Source: Selaginella moellendorffii
Taxonomy: Eukaryota > Plantae > Lycopodiophyta
Length of the DNA stretch: 64,000 nucleotides
Direction of reading: 5' to 3'
NCBI RefSeq assembly: GCF_000143415.4
Contig: NW_003314278.1
Location: 2,128,408 to 2,192,407 of the forward strand
Below are positions 36,201-47,819 of the stretch, piece by piece. A model generated the notes under the pieces. That model searched no databases and had not been told where the DNA came from. It saw only the letters and a program-made list of their open reading frames with translations. Within the stretch, counting starts at the first letter, position 1; every line of letters begins with the position of its first letter. A program made the position numbers and the translations under genes.

Positions 36201-39200
36201 ACTCCATTGAAGAGGTGACTTCAATGGAGCATATAATTACAGTTGCCAAAGAAAAATAGTATCTTCTCTGCGAACCTGGTGAGTACGCACTTTAAGTTTA
36301 AATGTTATCTCACAAGCTCTGTATGCAGGAGCGTGGCCACCCCCAGATGCTGAAACGGCGTTAACAGCTACTGTTGAAGATACCCATGTTGGGCCGAGCT
36401 CACAACCTGCACAAGGTAAGGTCACGTGAGGCCTCACGCCATTTTGATTATAGATTGTTATGAATATTCAGACACAAGGACTGAAAAGCGCACTGGTGGC
36501 GCGTCGAAGAAGGACAAACAGACAAGCAATAGGAAAAAAGGAGGTACAAATTATATTTGCAATGGCGTGTGGTCTCATGCCATTCCTTACAGGAGACACT
36601 TCTTCAAAGGCAAAACAGGCAAGCACCAGCCAAGCTCAAACTGACAGTGGTCATAAAAAGTGAAAGCACGTTGGACAGTCGTCGGGATCAGAGGCGTTTG
36701 ATTCGAAAAGGAAGAAGGGCAACGAAAAGATGATAGGTAATGCCTCGCGGTTATGGCGTGTGTGCTCATGCCATTCATTGCAGATCAAGGGCTGAGTGAA
36801 AGCAGGCAGTCACCACCTCCTGACTCAGATTCCTATGGTGGACTCCCCTTCCCCAATCTCAATGGAGAGGTACAATGGATGAGGGATGCTTTTCAAGTCA
36901 GGGCCATGTTTTTCTCATCTCGTCGTCTTCGAAGGGTGCAAGAACGTGCAGAAACCATGTTAAGACAGTTGGGTGAGGATACGGTCCTAGGTCACGCACT
37001 AAAACAGGCTATGGATGTCTTGTATTTTGAGATAGAGACTCGGCCAGATGATTTTCCCAAGATGGTCCTGGAAGAACAAGCCATCCAACCTAAGCAGCCT
37101 ATGGAAGAAATGCAGGAGGGGGATGAGGAGCTAGAGAAAGATAATGAGCAGGAAGAGCAGAAGGATGAAGAGGAGGACAAAGAAGACGAGGACGAAGAGG
37201 ACTTGGATGGTCCTCACAATGGTGACGATCACAATAACGACGACGACGATGATGACGACGATGGCCAGCCTGAGGTGGCCAAAGAGCAGCGAAGGAAGGT
37301 CATACAAGACAAACCATCAGGTAAATAATAGTACATCCATTCCTAACCTTTTACCATTTCTAACATTGTCCATGTAGGTCGCAGAGCAAATGGTAAGTAG
37401 AGATTATTCAATTGAATTTACAAACTCTAGCCTTTAGTGTCGAGGAAGGATAGTGCCAAGCAAGGGTCGAAACGTATGTCCAATCCTTCAGAATCAGCAG
37501 TGCACCCAAGTGATATCAGTCCTAGTTCCTCAATAGCAGTTGATGGTAAATACAGTATAGTCGATTCAATGTGCTAATGAGTTTGTTTTTAGTAGCACGG
37601 GAGGATACCATCTCAATCGAAGGGAGATATTTGGACATGCATATGGATCTGCCAGTGGACTCTACTTGCCTGCAAGAGTCATCAGAGCTGGTGGAGGCTA
37701 CTATCCATATCAACGCCAAGCAAGCTGACCATGCTCCACTTGATGCTGCCCATACCACTGAGTCAATCTTGTCCACGTATCCAACTGACGGTGACCAGGC
37801 GCCATTGGACCCGCATGAGGCCGCCCCAGCTGCCGAGCCAGTCGTATCCTCATTTCCAACGGACTCAATGTGTGCCCAATCGTCTGACTACGCGCCGTTG
37901 GAACCTCCCTACACCGCCCCTGCTGCCTGTTCGGTCATGTCCACTTTGCCAACGGAGGCACCAGCTGAAATGGCGTGTGATCACACGCCATCGGAACCAC
38001 CCCATGCCATTGTTGAGCCAGTTGTACCAGAGTCTACAACTGAAATGGCATGTGCCCACACGCCATCGGATGCAATTGACCCCACATTGCAGAGGAGAGT
38101 ATTTCCGCCCTTCACGTTTCCTCAACCAAAACCCTCTCAACGACCATCGGGAGCACCATTCGCTAATATTGTAGATGGTAAAATTGACTTGTACCATTTT
38201 TTATGCTGACGCATTTCATTCCAGAGTCATGGCAAAGGTACTGTATCGTTTTTGATCTGAATGGTGTCCTTTTCTCCCATGAGCGTGGCTCGTCCTCGAA
38301 TGTCACTACACCCTCCAAAGCCTGCGGTCGCAAGTTGGTCAAAAGAGACAGATTCACATTAATCACACGGGAAAAACTGTGGGATCTAATAATGACCATG
38401 CGACACTTAAAACAAAGGGCCGGGTTCAATTTGCAATTGGGAGTTTGGACATCCATGATGCGCCACAATGCATTAACGTTGCTACAGATGATGCACGATC
38501 AGACGCGAATAATATTACCATTTGACTTTCTCCTAACGCAGGAGGATTGCTTGACTATGGTCCATGTGAGGGGTAGCAAGCCCATCTTCGTCAAGCCAGA
38601 GGCTGTAGTGATGAACCGGACAGCTAGGTCAAGTGAAATCCTCATCATCGATGACTCACCGATTAAAACTGCAGCGAACACGCACACATATGCAGTGCAC
38701 CCCATCTCTTGTAGTATGGAAACTAGGGAGAAGAAACCGTATGTTCTGGGGGACCTTGCAAAACGGCTTGGAGCGATGGTGATAGAGAACCGGCCAGTCC
38801 AGGAGGTGGCTGCAGAAATCAACCAAATGGCAGATGGAACGGTATATCAGAAGCCATTTGATCGGACAGACACCAGTCATCATTTATGGCATGTATATTG
38901 TTTAGCCAAGCACTATCCGCATCTCCATAATCTGCTCAACCGAATGGGTTCTTCGACCACTGAACATGAGCGTGGACGTATTAGAGAAGAGATGGCATTA
39001 CTATTGGGTTTAAATCCTGATAGTGTGGAGAGTGATGAAATTCCAAGATTATTGTATAGGCATTGGAGGCAAAAAATAACAGTCTGAGATTGCATGTATT
39101 TATTTAAAAATGTAACTTATTATGGCATGGGGTTCCATGCCATTGTATTAATATTAAAAGACAATTCTTTGAGAGGATTTGCATTATACTAGAAGTGTTA

Positions 39201-40479
39201 CAGCATGTTATTGGAAGTCTACAAAGTTGTTTTATTAATAAGGGGAAAGTAAAGATTGAATGGGGACTTGGGCTCCATCTAGACTCGGAGCAACTGAGCC
39301 AATATTAAAAGGATGGAAAGAAATTGGACGATGATGACAAGGAGAAGAGAGAGGTGAAGCAGTGGCAGGGGGAGGAGAAGTGATTGAGTAGACATTTCCT
39401 TGTTTAAAATAAAATTGCATGTGCCTCAATGCAGTTGAATTTTGTTATATTTATATACTATATAAAGGTTTGGAAACCTTATTTTACAAGTGGGATAATG
39501 ACAATTCCCACTTTAACGAAATAGAGCTTCCACCAAGGTAGGGATATGGTGTCCAAGAAAGTGAGAGTGTGGCTGATCCTGCAAGGATCCACCTCCCCAA
39601 ATTTTGAGGTGTTAAGTGAGTGCTCCAGTATCAGTTTGAAATTTCTTTGAAAGCTTCTTCTCATTTGCGAATCTTGACACCACAAATAGTGATGCGGAGC
39701 TCGCAATCCCCACTGACTCGCCCATGTGGCTGGCCAGTTGGAAGGGTTCTCATACAGGCTCATGAGGGCAGTCGGTGGGGTTTGGGAACTCTGCATGACT
39801 GCTCATGGGATCAAGATTTGTGTCATGGTGTTAGGAAGCTGTCAATCTGAGCCAGAGTTCCTTCGGCGTCTTCGTGTTCTCCATGAGCAAGTGACGCAGA
39901 AAGTAGCAGCCTTCATGGCCAACTTCCCAGTGTCTACTGTTGAGTGTGATATGTGCTACCTTTCTCAAGACTGAGGGAAGAGATCAATCGTTTTTGTAAT
40001 AGAAACTTGTTTTTGTAAAGCACATCCTAGTAGCGTGATATAGATTCACAAGCAAGATTAGCAGCCTGGCAGTGGGGCTTTCGCTCTTGGTAACTTTCTT
40101 TTCTCGACTCCTTTGGATGACAAGCAGATGAAGATCACACGTCCAGGGAATGTTTTGTATCTGCTATAAATGAGATCTGTCCGGCCGATCATGTGAGTGT
40201 TTTTTTGAGTTCTTTTCTTATGAACGACCAACGCCAATGTTTCCAGCAAAATATCGCTGCGATAGAGAAGGAAAATATTTTCAGGAGAAGTTTTACAACT
40301 TTGAAAAGCTCGAATCACACGACAAAAATGCAGGTGAATCTATCTTCTTGTTCTCGATCAATGCATTTTACTGGCTTTCTAGTTCTCGAATGATTCGTGC
40401 TGTGTTTGGACAGGCAAATGAAGATCACATGTCCGGGAAATGTTTTCTATCAGAAGATGTTCGAAAGGAAAAGGGAGTT

Positions 40480-43200
40480 ATTCAAAAGTCGTAGAGTCCT
40501 TGGGAGTGTGAACCTCATATTGTGATGAAGTCGAATAAGAGTATTCATTTCTGCATCAATTATCGTTTATTAAATGAAATAACAATTTTGGATGTGTACA
40601 CTCTTCCTCACATTGCTGATCTTTTGGATCATTTAGGGAGAAGCCATTGGTTCACCAAGTTAGATCTTTCTTTTGGGTACTAGCAAGTACTAATGGCCGA
40701 AAAACATATTCCTAATACGATTTTTCGTATACCATTTGGTTTATACAAGTTCTTGGTGATGCCATTTAATTTAAATAATGCTTCAACAACTTTCCAGTGG
40801 ATGATGGATAAGGTTATTTGCGATATGCTAGAGATGACTACTGACTTTATTGATGATATATTAATCCACTCAAAGGGGATATAGGAGGAACATGTTCGTG
40901 ATGTTCGTAAAGTGTTGGACCAGTTATGGGAAGTTAATTTAAAGTTGAAACGGTTGAAGTGCATATTTGGGTCCAAAGGTACAACTTATTTTGGGTATTA
41001 TATTTTTTATGAGAGTTTGCAAATTGATCTTAACAAATTTGTGGCTATTATAAAGTTCCCTACTCCAAAGTGTGTAAATGATGTACAGTGCTCCTTAGGC
41101 AAGGTGTAATATCTTAATCATTTTGTTGATCATCTTTCTGATTGCACTACACCATTGTGACTGTTATTAAAGTCGTTAACATCATCTTTCATTTGGTCTA
41201 TAGACTATGAGTAGGTGTTTATAGATTTTAAAGAGCTATTGACGATTCCTTCGATTTTAGTGTATCCTAATTATACTCAACCTTTCATTTTGCACGTGGA
41301 TGCTGTTGATATCGGTCTTGAAAGTGTGTTGATGCAAAAGAGCCTGAGTGTGCTTGGTCAGCACCATCCCATTGTATATATTAGTTATACATTACAACTA
41401 GTGGAGTTGAACTAATCCACAATAAAGGAGTGTTTAGTAGCAGTTTCAAGTTTTGAGAAATTTCATCTATATTTACATGGTTCTCGAATATTATTAGAAG
41501 GTGATCATATTGCAATTACTTTATTATTGAAATTAAAGAACTTAGTTGGTCATACTGCTCGGTAAACTTTGAAGCTTCAGATATATGATTTTGATATTGT
41601 TGGGGAGTTCTATGTTTGATGTTAATGCCCTTTTTCGAGCTCCTTTTCCTTCTTCACTCTGTTCTCATGTTTTTTACGACCTAATTGTTCCAACATTTGT
41701 GGAGTTTCTAGATGAGGATTCTGTGCTATCAACAGTTGTTGTACTTGATATTCAATGTCCACAAGGTGTAAAGTAGGATTTACCTTCTCTTAATGAGATT
41801 CATGAGGCTCAAAAGATTGAGTTGTGGATTCGAAGGCTTTACAATGGGTTTAAGAATCTTGCATCACTTGATGATAGCTTGCCATTTTAGCATTTACATT
41901 CTCAATATCACCTTGAGGATAGTTTTCTTTATTTTCTGGGGACAGATCCTGATGATAATTTATGGTTGGTGGTGCTTTCAATCTTTATTCTATGCTTTCT
42001 CCATGCCTACCATAATTTTCCTATTCTAGATGGGTATATAGAATATTACTATGTGACCAAGAAGTTGCATAGGTCTTTTTATTTGTAGTGCATGTGATCA
42101 TAGGATGAGTTTTGAATATACTGTCACTATGGCTATTGGCTGGAAATGCGACGTGATGTTATTTGGTATGTGCATAATTGTGTTTAGTGCGAAGCTCGTA
42201 ATATTCCCCCTTGTGATACGGAAGGATGGTTGGAGTTAATTGCAATTTCCTATCTATTTAAGTTAGTAGCGTTTGATTTTATAGAATTTTTTCCACAATC
42301 AACTATTAGTAATGGGTATGTCATTATTGCTTCTGACTACTTGACTCACTAAGTGGAAGTCAATGCTCTTGCTAGTGTATTTACAACTACTATTAGATAC
42401 TTCCTTTTCAATTAAGTGGTGTTCCAGCATTCCTGTCTGGAGTAGATTCTTTCGGATAATAGTCCTGTACTTATGGTTGAGGCATTTCATATTTTGACGT
42501 CTCGGTTGGGGATATACCACACTTTCACCAACGCTTATCATCCACAGTCAAATGGTTTTGTGGAACAGCTCGTTTAGACCTTCAAAGGGATGATCGCAAA
42601 GTATATAAATTTTCAGCATTTGGATTGGGATGGTTATTTGCCATCTTTTCAGTATGTGTATATTATAGAGGTGCAAAATTCTATTGGTGCTTCACCATAT
42701 AAACTCTTATATAATCATAATCTAATATTGCCAATGGAGTTGGGTTTACTTTCATGATTGCCATGGGCTACTAATGCTAAGTCGTGGGATTAATATTCGA
42801 TGAGCATTTTTCCACTTATCCAAGTAAAGTCTATCGAATATTTAGGCTATGTACAAGTGGAATAACAATGATGTTACAACTCTCATCATCATCCATTTAC
42901 GGAGTACAAAATGGATTTCTTGGTATTAGTCCATTTTTCCCATCTTACAGTATATGGTTTATCTAAAGGGCTCCTTGCTTAGTGAAAAGGTCTATATCAT
43001 GTGTTGTGGCAAGTTGGACTGTAAGTTTATAAGGTTCAGCATGACATCTAGCAAGCCAATCCTTTAGAAATTGTGCATGTACAATGGCTAAAATACTTTG
43101 TACAAAGTGATCAAGAACAATTGACACCACTTATAGATCCATTGATGCCTCCTCCTAATGTTCTTTTAGATCTCAACCCATCCACAAAAGAACTCTAATG
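40480..43200 (+). pseudogene. Decayed Ty3/Gypsy pol (RT - RNase H - integrase)
   Basis: YRLLNEITILDVYTLPHIADLLDHL..FTKLDLSFGY, KFLVMPFNLNNASTTFQ, FIDDILIHS, PFILHVDA, AYHPQSNGFVE; many stops and frameshifts. Confidence 0.85.
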
Positions 43201-43708
43201 GTCTTTCATCATTATATAAATTAGAGTTTTTGGGCTAATGAATATACACATTTCTTGTATTCTCTTTTCGCACTTATATAGCTTCATTTAAATAATTGAA
43301 AAAAAATTATACTAATATAAATGAAAGTAACTGTTCTTCTTGACAAGTTCTAGATGCCCATCTTAGAAGCTCACCACTACCTATATTGATACCACAATGC
43401 TGTCTATAAGAGTTTCTTGGGCTTTACTAGATCCAGGTTTGCAATTGCTGACAAAAAGTTCCAACTTGGAAAAAAGAGTTATTCCATCTAAGAAAAGGAG
43501 AGAGAAATATATAATTCCTCTATGTCACTCAGATCATCAGGAGCCATCTGAATTTGCGGTCCTCTGCCCAAAATTCGCAATGCTCAATGGATGATGCGCC
43601 ATTGATGAATCTCTGCCTTTAATAGTGAAAAAATTTGAAATCAACACGTGGCAATATATGGCGCGGCCGCGTAGAAGGAAAGAACCCTAAAAGGAGTTTC
43701 CTCAATAT

Positions 43709-44599
43709 ATGGAGCAGCCAGAGAGCAGACACCGCGAGGACGTGAATGCGCTGGATCCGCTCATCCTGGGCGGGATCATCCCGGACGTGGTGGACGATTT
43801 CGTGCCGTGCTGCGAGATGGCGGTCTACTACGGTAAGGATCAGGTCACAAACGGGTGCGAGCTCGCACCCTTTGCCACAAGTTCGCCCCCAAACGTGCAG
43901 ATCGCCGGGAACTTCGATGATGGCTCTCTCTTCACGCTGGTAAAGCTCCCTTCCTCGCTCTTTCTCGCGATTCTTCTAGGCCTGGGTATAGTCGCATTCT
44001 TTGCTGGAAATTTTTCTAAAAGAGATCGTGCTTCTCTATTCAGGTGATGACGGATCCTGATGCTCCAAGTCCGGCTGAGCCATCACTGGGGGAATATCTT
44101 CACTGGTAAGCAGCAGCAAAGCAGCGCGGCTTTATGCCAGAATCATCACTTCCACTAAAACGAAGAGCCGTAGAAAACAATAGAAAGAAAAATCTCACGC
44201 TTTCCTTGGTAGGCTGGTGACTGATATTCCCGGAGGAACAGATCCAAGCAAAGGTAAGCCGCATTTCTTTCCTCCATGCGCGAGCGAGAAAATAAAATCT
44301 ACACAAAAGAGAGTGATAGTTTTTCTCGACGAGCAACTACTATTTGAGCGCACTAATGCATTCGTTGCTTTGGTCTGTGTTCCTCGTTGACAGGGAAAGG
44401 GGTGCTGCCATATGAGAGACCAAAGCCACCAGCAGGCACGCACAGGTACACGTTTTGTTTATTCAAGCAAAGCAGGCCCATGATGGCACTCGCGCCCGTC
44501 ATCCGGAGCAACTTTAGCACCAAATGCTTCGCTCAAGAGCACGGCCTGGGCCTCGCAGTCGCAGCGCTGTATTTCAAAGCACAAGGCATGGAGCCATAA
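43709..44599 (+). CDS. MFT: PEBP family protein, MOTHER OF FT AND TFL1-like
   Basis: Canonical 4-exon structure 43709-43939, 44044-44105 (62 bp), 44213-44253 (41 bp), 44394-44599; DPDAPSP, HWLVTDIPGGT and GTHRY motifs. Confidence 0.9.
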
Positions 44600-46011
44600 C
44601 AACTTGTAAGTGTCTACATGAACAGTGTAAGTTGCAAGCTTGTCTCCCAAAGTTTTCTTTTTTTACTAAGTTTTTCGTGCTCTTTTGCCCGACGAGCTAC
44701 TGTGTGTGTCGATCCAGCTGGTGCTTGACGATTTACAGCGCACGCAGGAAAGCTCGAGCTTATCCGCAGTTTTGTTCCAGGAGAGGATTCAGGGAGCTCT
44801 CTTACCAATAAGTAACGAGGACGAAAAAGTGAAAGAAGTTTGGCTTTGGGTGGTAGCAGTAAAGCCGGGGGTCTCTTTTCGCAGCTCTCAGCCTCGGAGA
44901 GGAACTTGTTCCTGATCGTGTCTTGCTGCTCCAACTTGTTTCTGCGCGGAAGCTGCTGCGCAGAGATTTGATCCAGCACGCAGAATGCGACTTACATTGT
45001 ACACTGACAGGATTTTGCTTTTTCGACATCAAATCGCGCGGGACGAGCTAGCTATTCTTCTGCTACTTCGTCGTATTTGCTACTACAAGAGCACGACGGA
45101 TCACTGTTTGGATCACTGTTCAGAGAGGGGAAAAATGCAATTTTCCTGTTGTTTGTGCGATTTTTAAGTTTGGATAGAGCTTCCATTCTTTTGTCTCGTA
45201 GATCTTAGACCAGTTGGTAAAGCTTACACATTTTTTATAAGCGTCTGGATAGAACTGTATGTACATAAATTTATGGTCGCTGGCCAGAAAAGAACGCGCC
45301 AGCTAAAGAGAAGGGGATAGAGATTGACAAAAAGCACTCACCCCTTAAAAAAAAAAAAAAAAGGGGAGAAAAGGACTATGGCGGCTACTGCTACTACCGC
45401 TACTTTTGCCTGGCAAAACACTACTCGCTCTAACAGGAAGGACGGGAGATCCATCACCAAGTTGGCCTTTAACAAAACAAAGCCTTCTTCCTGGTGGGAG
45501 GGACTCTCCATAGCTACGCTCCACTCTAACCATGCCTGTCTAGAGAACAAACACTACTTCCTAGTGCACTGCAAGCAAAGCAAAGGATCGCTTTGCTCGG
45601 AGAGCTTTTCCACTCTCCTGCTTACTTACTACTCTATACTGAAGGAAAGGTACCGGAAAGGAAAAAAAACGGAGGAAAAAAGAGAAGACTCGACGTAGGG
45701 ATGACTCCTGCTCCTCTAGCTACCTATGTAGTATTTACATAGTAGCGTAATCGTAATGCTCACCTCGGAGGAGATCCCCGCTGGTTGCGATGGGGATCTC
45801 AGACTCACCATTGTTGGAACTTTGGAACTTTTGAGAGTGGTGGTAACCAGCCAGCAGCAGCAGCAGCAGCGCTCTCTCTAGTTGTTGCTCCAGAGGATCA
45901 CTCGTATCCTCGTGTCCTGTTGTTGACGTTGTTTTGTTAGTTGTATCCTCCTCGATACTAGTTGCTGGCTTTCCACAGCCCCAGTCTAGTAGTACTGTGC
46001 GTGGTCGTACT

Positions 46012-46012
46012 G

Positions 46013-46050
<38 letters not shown>
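46012..46050 (+). repeat. (GTA)n microsatellite
   Basis: Direct inspection. Confidence 0.9.
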
Positions 46051-46051
<1 letters not shown>

Positions 46052-46106
46052 ACTTTGCTAGAGTGGTTCTTCTCGGCAGCCAAGAGCAGCAGCAGCTGTT
46101 CGTTGC

Positions 46107-47819
46107 TTAGAAGGGACGGCGGAGGCGATGAACATCCCAGGAGAGATCCTCAAGCTCGATGCTTGGAGCGTTTGTGAGCAGATTATCAATGTCCGCCCAC
46201 ACGTTGCCACCACTGGCGGTGGTGGCGACGGAGCTATTCACCAGTGATCCGGCCCCCGGCGATAATAATTCTTCGCTACACACCACAGACGCGAGAGCTT
46301 TTTCTCCTCTAGAGCCCGCGAGCTCGAGGAGAGAGCCTGCGTCGGTGGTAGTGGTGGTTGTTGAAAAATTATCGGGGGTAGCCATCGCACGGTGATAGCA
46401 GCTGTCGCCATCGCCAGTAGTAGTACTCGTTGGGGAGACGCAAGGAGCGCTTGCGTAGCCGGCTCCTGTTCTTGCCGTCGCTGTTCTTAGTGATGTTGTA
46501 GCTAGCACCTCCTTGTTGACTGGAATCGCTTCCACGAGGTCCTCCTCCGCTACGTCCTTCTGAGCCTTAACTTTAGCCGCTGCTGTCGTTGGTTTGGATG
46601 CATCCAGCTTCGATGCAGTCTGCTGAGAAATCGCCTGTAGTTTCGCTTCTAGAGTCGATTGAAACGTCGTACTACTTCCTCCTCCTCCTTGATCTTGTCC
46701 ACTCCACCCGGACTTACTTGCTTCTTGCTGCTGTGCACGATATATATGTTGAATCTGTGGAAAGTTGAGGCGTGCATACTCGCCTCTCAACTTGTAAGCT
46801 GCCTGGTCATACGCGTAGGCTGCGTCTTCGGCCGTGTCAAACGTTCCTAGCCAGAGCCTGGTTCGGTTCCTCGGCAGGCGGATCTCCGCCACCCACTTCC
46901 CCCAGTGCCGCTGCCTCACTCCTCTATACAGCTTCGAGGGCCCGACTCCAAGCCTGCGATCCTTGCTTACGTGCTTCATGGACTGGCCCCTCGGGCTCAG
47001 GTTCAAAGTCTCACTCCAGTATCTAAGCTGCTGCTGCTGTTGCTGATGGTTTAGTAGCTGGGAGTTTTTCCGATCAGCTGCTTGGTGGTGGTGCTGTTGT
47101 TGTTGCTGCTGCTGTTGTTGATGTGTCTGCTGTTGATGAAATAAGACGTGATTCTGTCTTTGATGCATGAGTAGCATCTGTTGTTGCTGCTGCTGACCCC
47201 ATGCTCGAATCTGCTCGAGCTGTGACGCTCCTTCCTCATGGATCGCTTGCGTCATGAAAAGTGGAGCTCGAGCGATGCTCTCGGGGTACCAAGGCGGAAC
47301 CTCTGGTGCTCCAGACGTGGACGTCGGTGACAAGACCATTGTTGGCCCGCTCGCTCCAACGAAATGATCGCAAGCGGCCGCCGGAAGAGGAACCTGCTGG
47401 TGTGGGACGGGCCAGACGCCAGCCCCACCCGCGATTCCAACGTTTCCGGCTTGAGCTCTCGAGGGAGACGGTGTCGTGGATCCCGCAGTGGAGGTGTCGA
47501 ACACGTCGCCACTGCTCGAGGAGCTAGCTCCAACATTAAGCTGATGATGATGGTGGTGATAGAGTGGCGGCGACGGCTGTTGTTGTTGGTAACCGTGGAA
47601 CCCCTCAGCAACATAGCCGGCTCCTTCTTCTTCGTACGACGAGGAACTTGACGACGAGTCGGAGCTGTCCGGAAGCTCCAATCGTGCTAGAGCTTCCACA
47701 TTGTCAAAGTGCTCCAACGTTCTCGCGAGGTCCCCGTCGAACGCAAACTCCCGGTCGAATCTAGCTGCGATGGGTAACTCGGCGGTAGCTGTTGCCATGC
47801 TCGCGGAATTTCTTGCCAT
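46107..47819 (-). CDS. AP2/ERF transcription factor, DREB A-6 / RAP2.4-like, poly-Q rich, intronless
   Basis: [59 protein letters not shown]; LEAKLQAI; C-terminal PSIE..LSWD. Confidence 0.93.
   Translation of the reverse strand: MARNSASMATATAELPIAARFDREFAFDGDLARTLEHFDNVEALARLELPDSSDSSSSSSSYEEEGAGYVAEGFHGYQQQQPSPPLYHHHHHQLNVGASSSSSGDVFDTSTAGSTTPSPSRAQAGNVGIAGGAGVWPVPHQQVPLPAAACDHFVGASGPTMVLSPTSTSGAPEVPPWYPESIARAPLFMTQAIHEEGASQLEQIRAWGQQQQQQMLLMHQRQNHVLFHQQQTHQQQQQQQQQHHHQAADRKNSQLLNHQQQQQQLRYWSETLNLSPRGQSMKHVSKDRRLGVGPSKLYRGVRQRHWGKWVAEIRLPRNRTRLWLGTFDTAEDAAYAYDQAAYKLRGEYARLNFPQIQHIYRAQQQEASKSGWSGQDQGGGGSSTTFQSTLEAKLQAISQQTASKLDASKPTTAAAKVKAQKDVAEEDLVEAIPVNKEVLATTSLRTATARTGAGYASAPCVSPTSTTTGDGDSCYHRAMATPDNFSTTTTTTDAGSLLELAGSRGEKALASVVCSEELLSPGAGSLVNSSVATTASGGNVWADIDNLLTNAPSIELEDLSWDVHRLRRPF

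Larger units (their letters stand above)
26225..39087 (+). pseudogene. Accessory ParB-MTase-like-FCP1 gene of copy B, disrupted by the LTR insertion, a frameshift (~34800) and nonsense codons
   Basis: Co-linear with 4419-9840. Stops at 36257 (CAG>TAG) and 36661 (CGA>TGA) relative to copy A'. Also shows intron 34901-34954 and the FYAVSGQHS motif, which fall in the N gap of copy A'. Confidence 0.85.
19559..39529. mobile_element. Complete TIR DNA transposon, copy B (~12.5 kb plus nested 7.5-kb LTR element); DUF7869-type DDE/D transposase, Sola-like
   Basis: Left TIR 19559-19582 (AAGCTTTATTTCGTTAAAGTGGGA) is the reverse complement of right TIR 39506-39529 with 1 mismatch. 4-bp TSD CCAC at 19555-19558 and 39530-39533. 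Encodes a transposase and an accessory gene. The superfamily label is inference. Confidence 0.92.

Noticed and set aside
597-39143. Palindromic repeats as a CRISPR array
   Set aside because: Spacing is irregular (tens of bp to kb), there are no uniform spacers and no cas genes, and the context is eukaryotic with introns.
19559-39529. CACTA, Helitron or Starship-type element
   Set aside because: Termini are AAGCT..AGCTT with a 4-bp TSD; there are no CACTA ends, no Rep/helicase and no tyrosine recombinase.
39530-40470. Short ORFs right of the transposon
   Set aside because: No recognisable homology or consistent exon structure.
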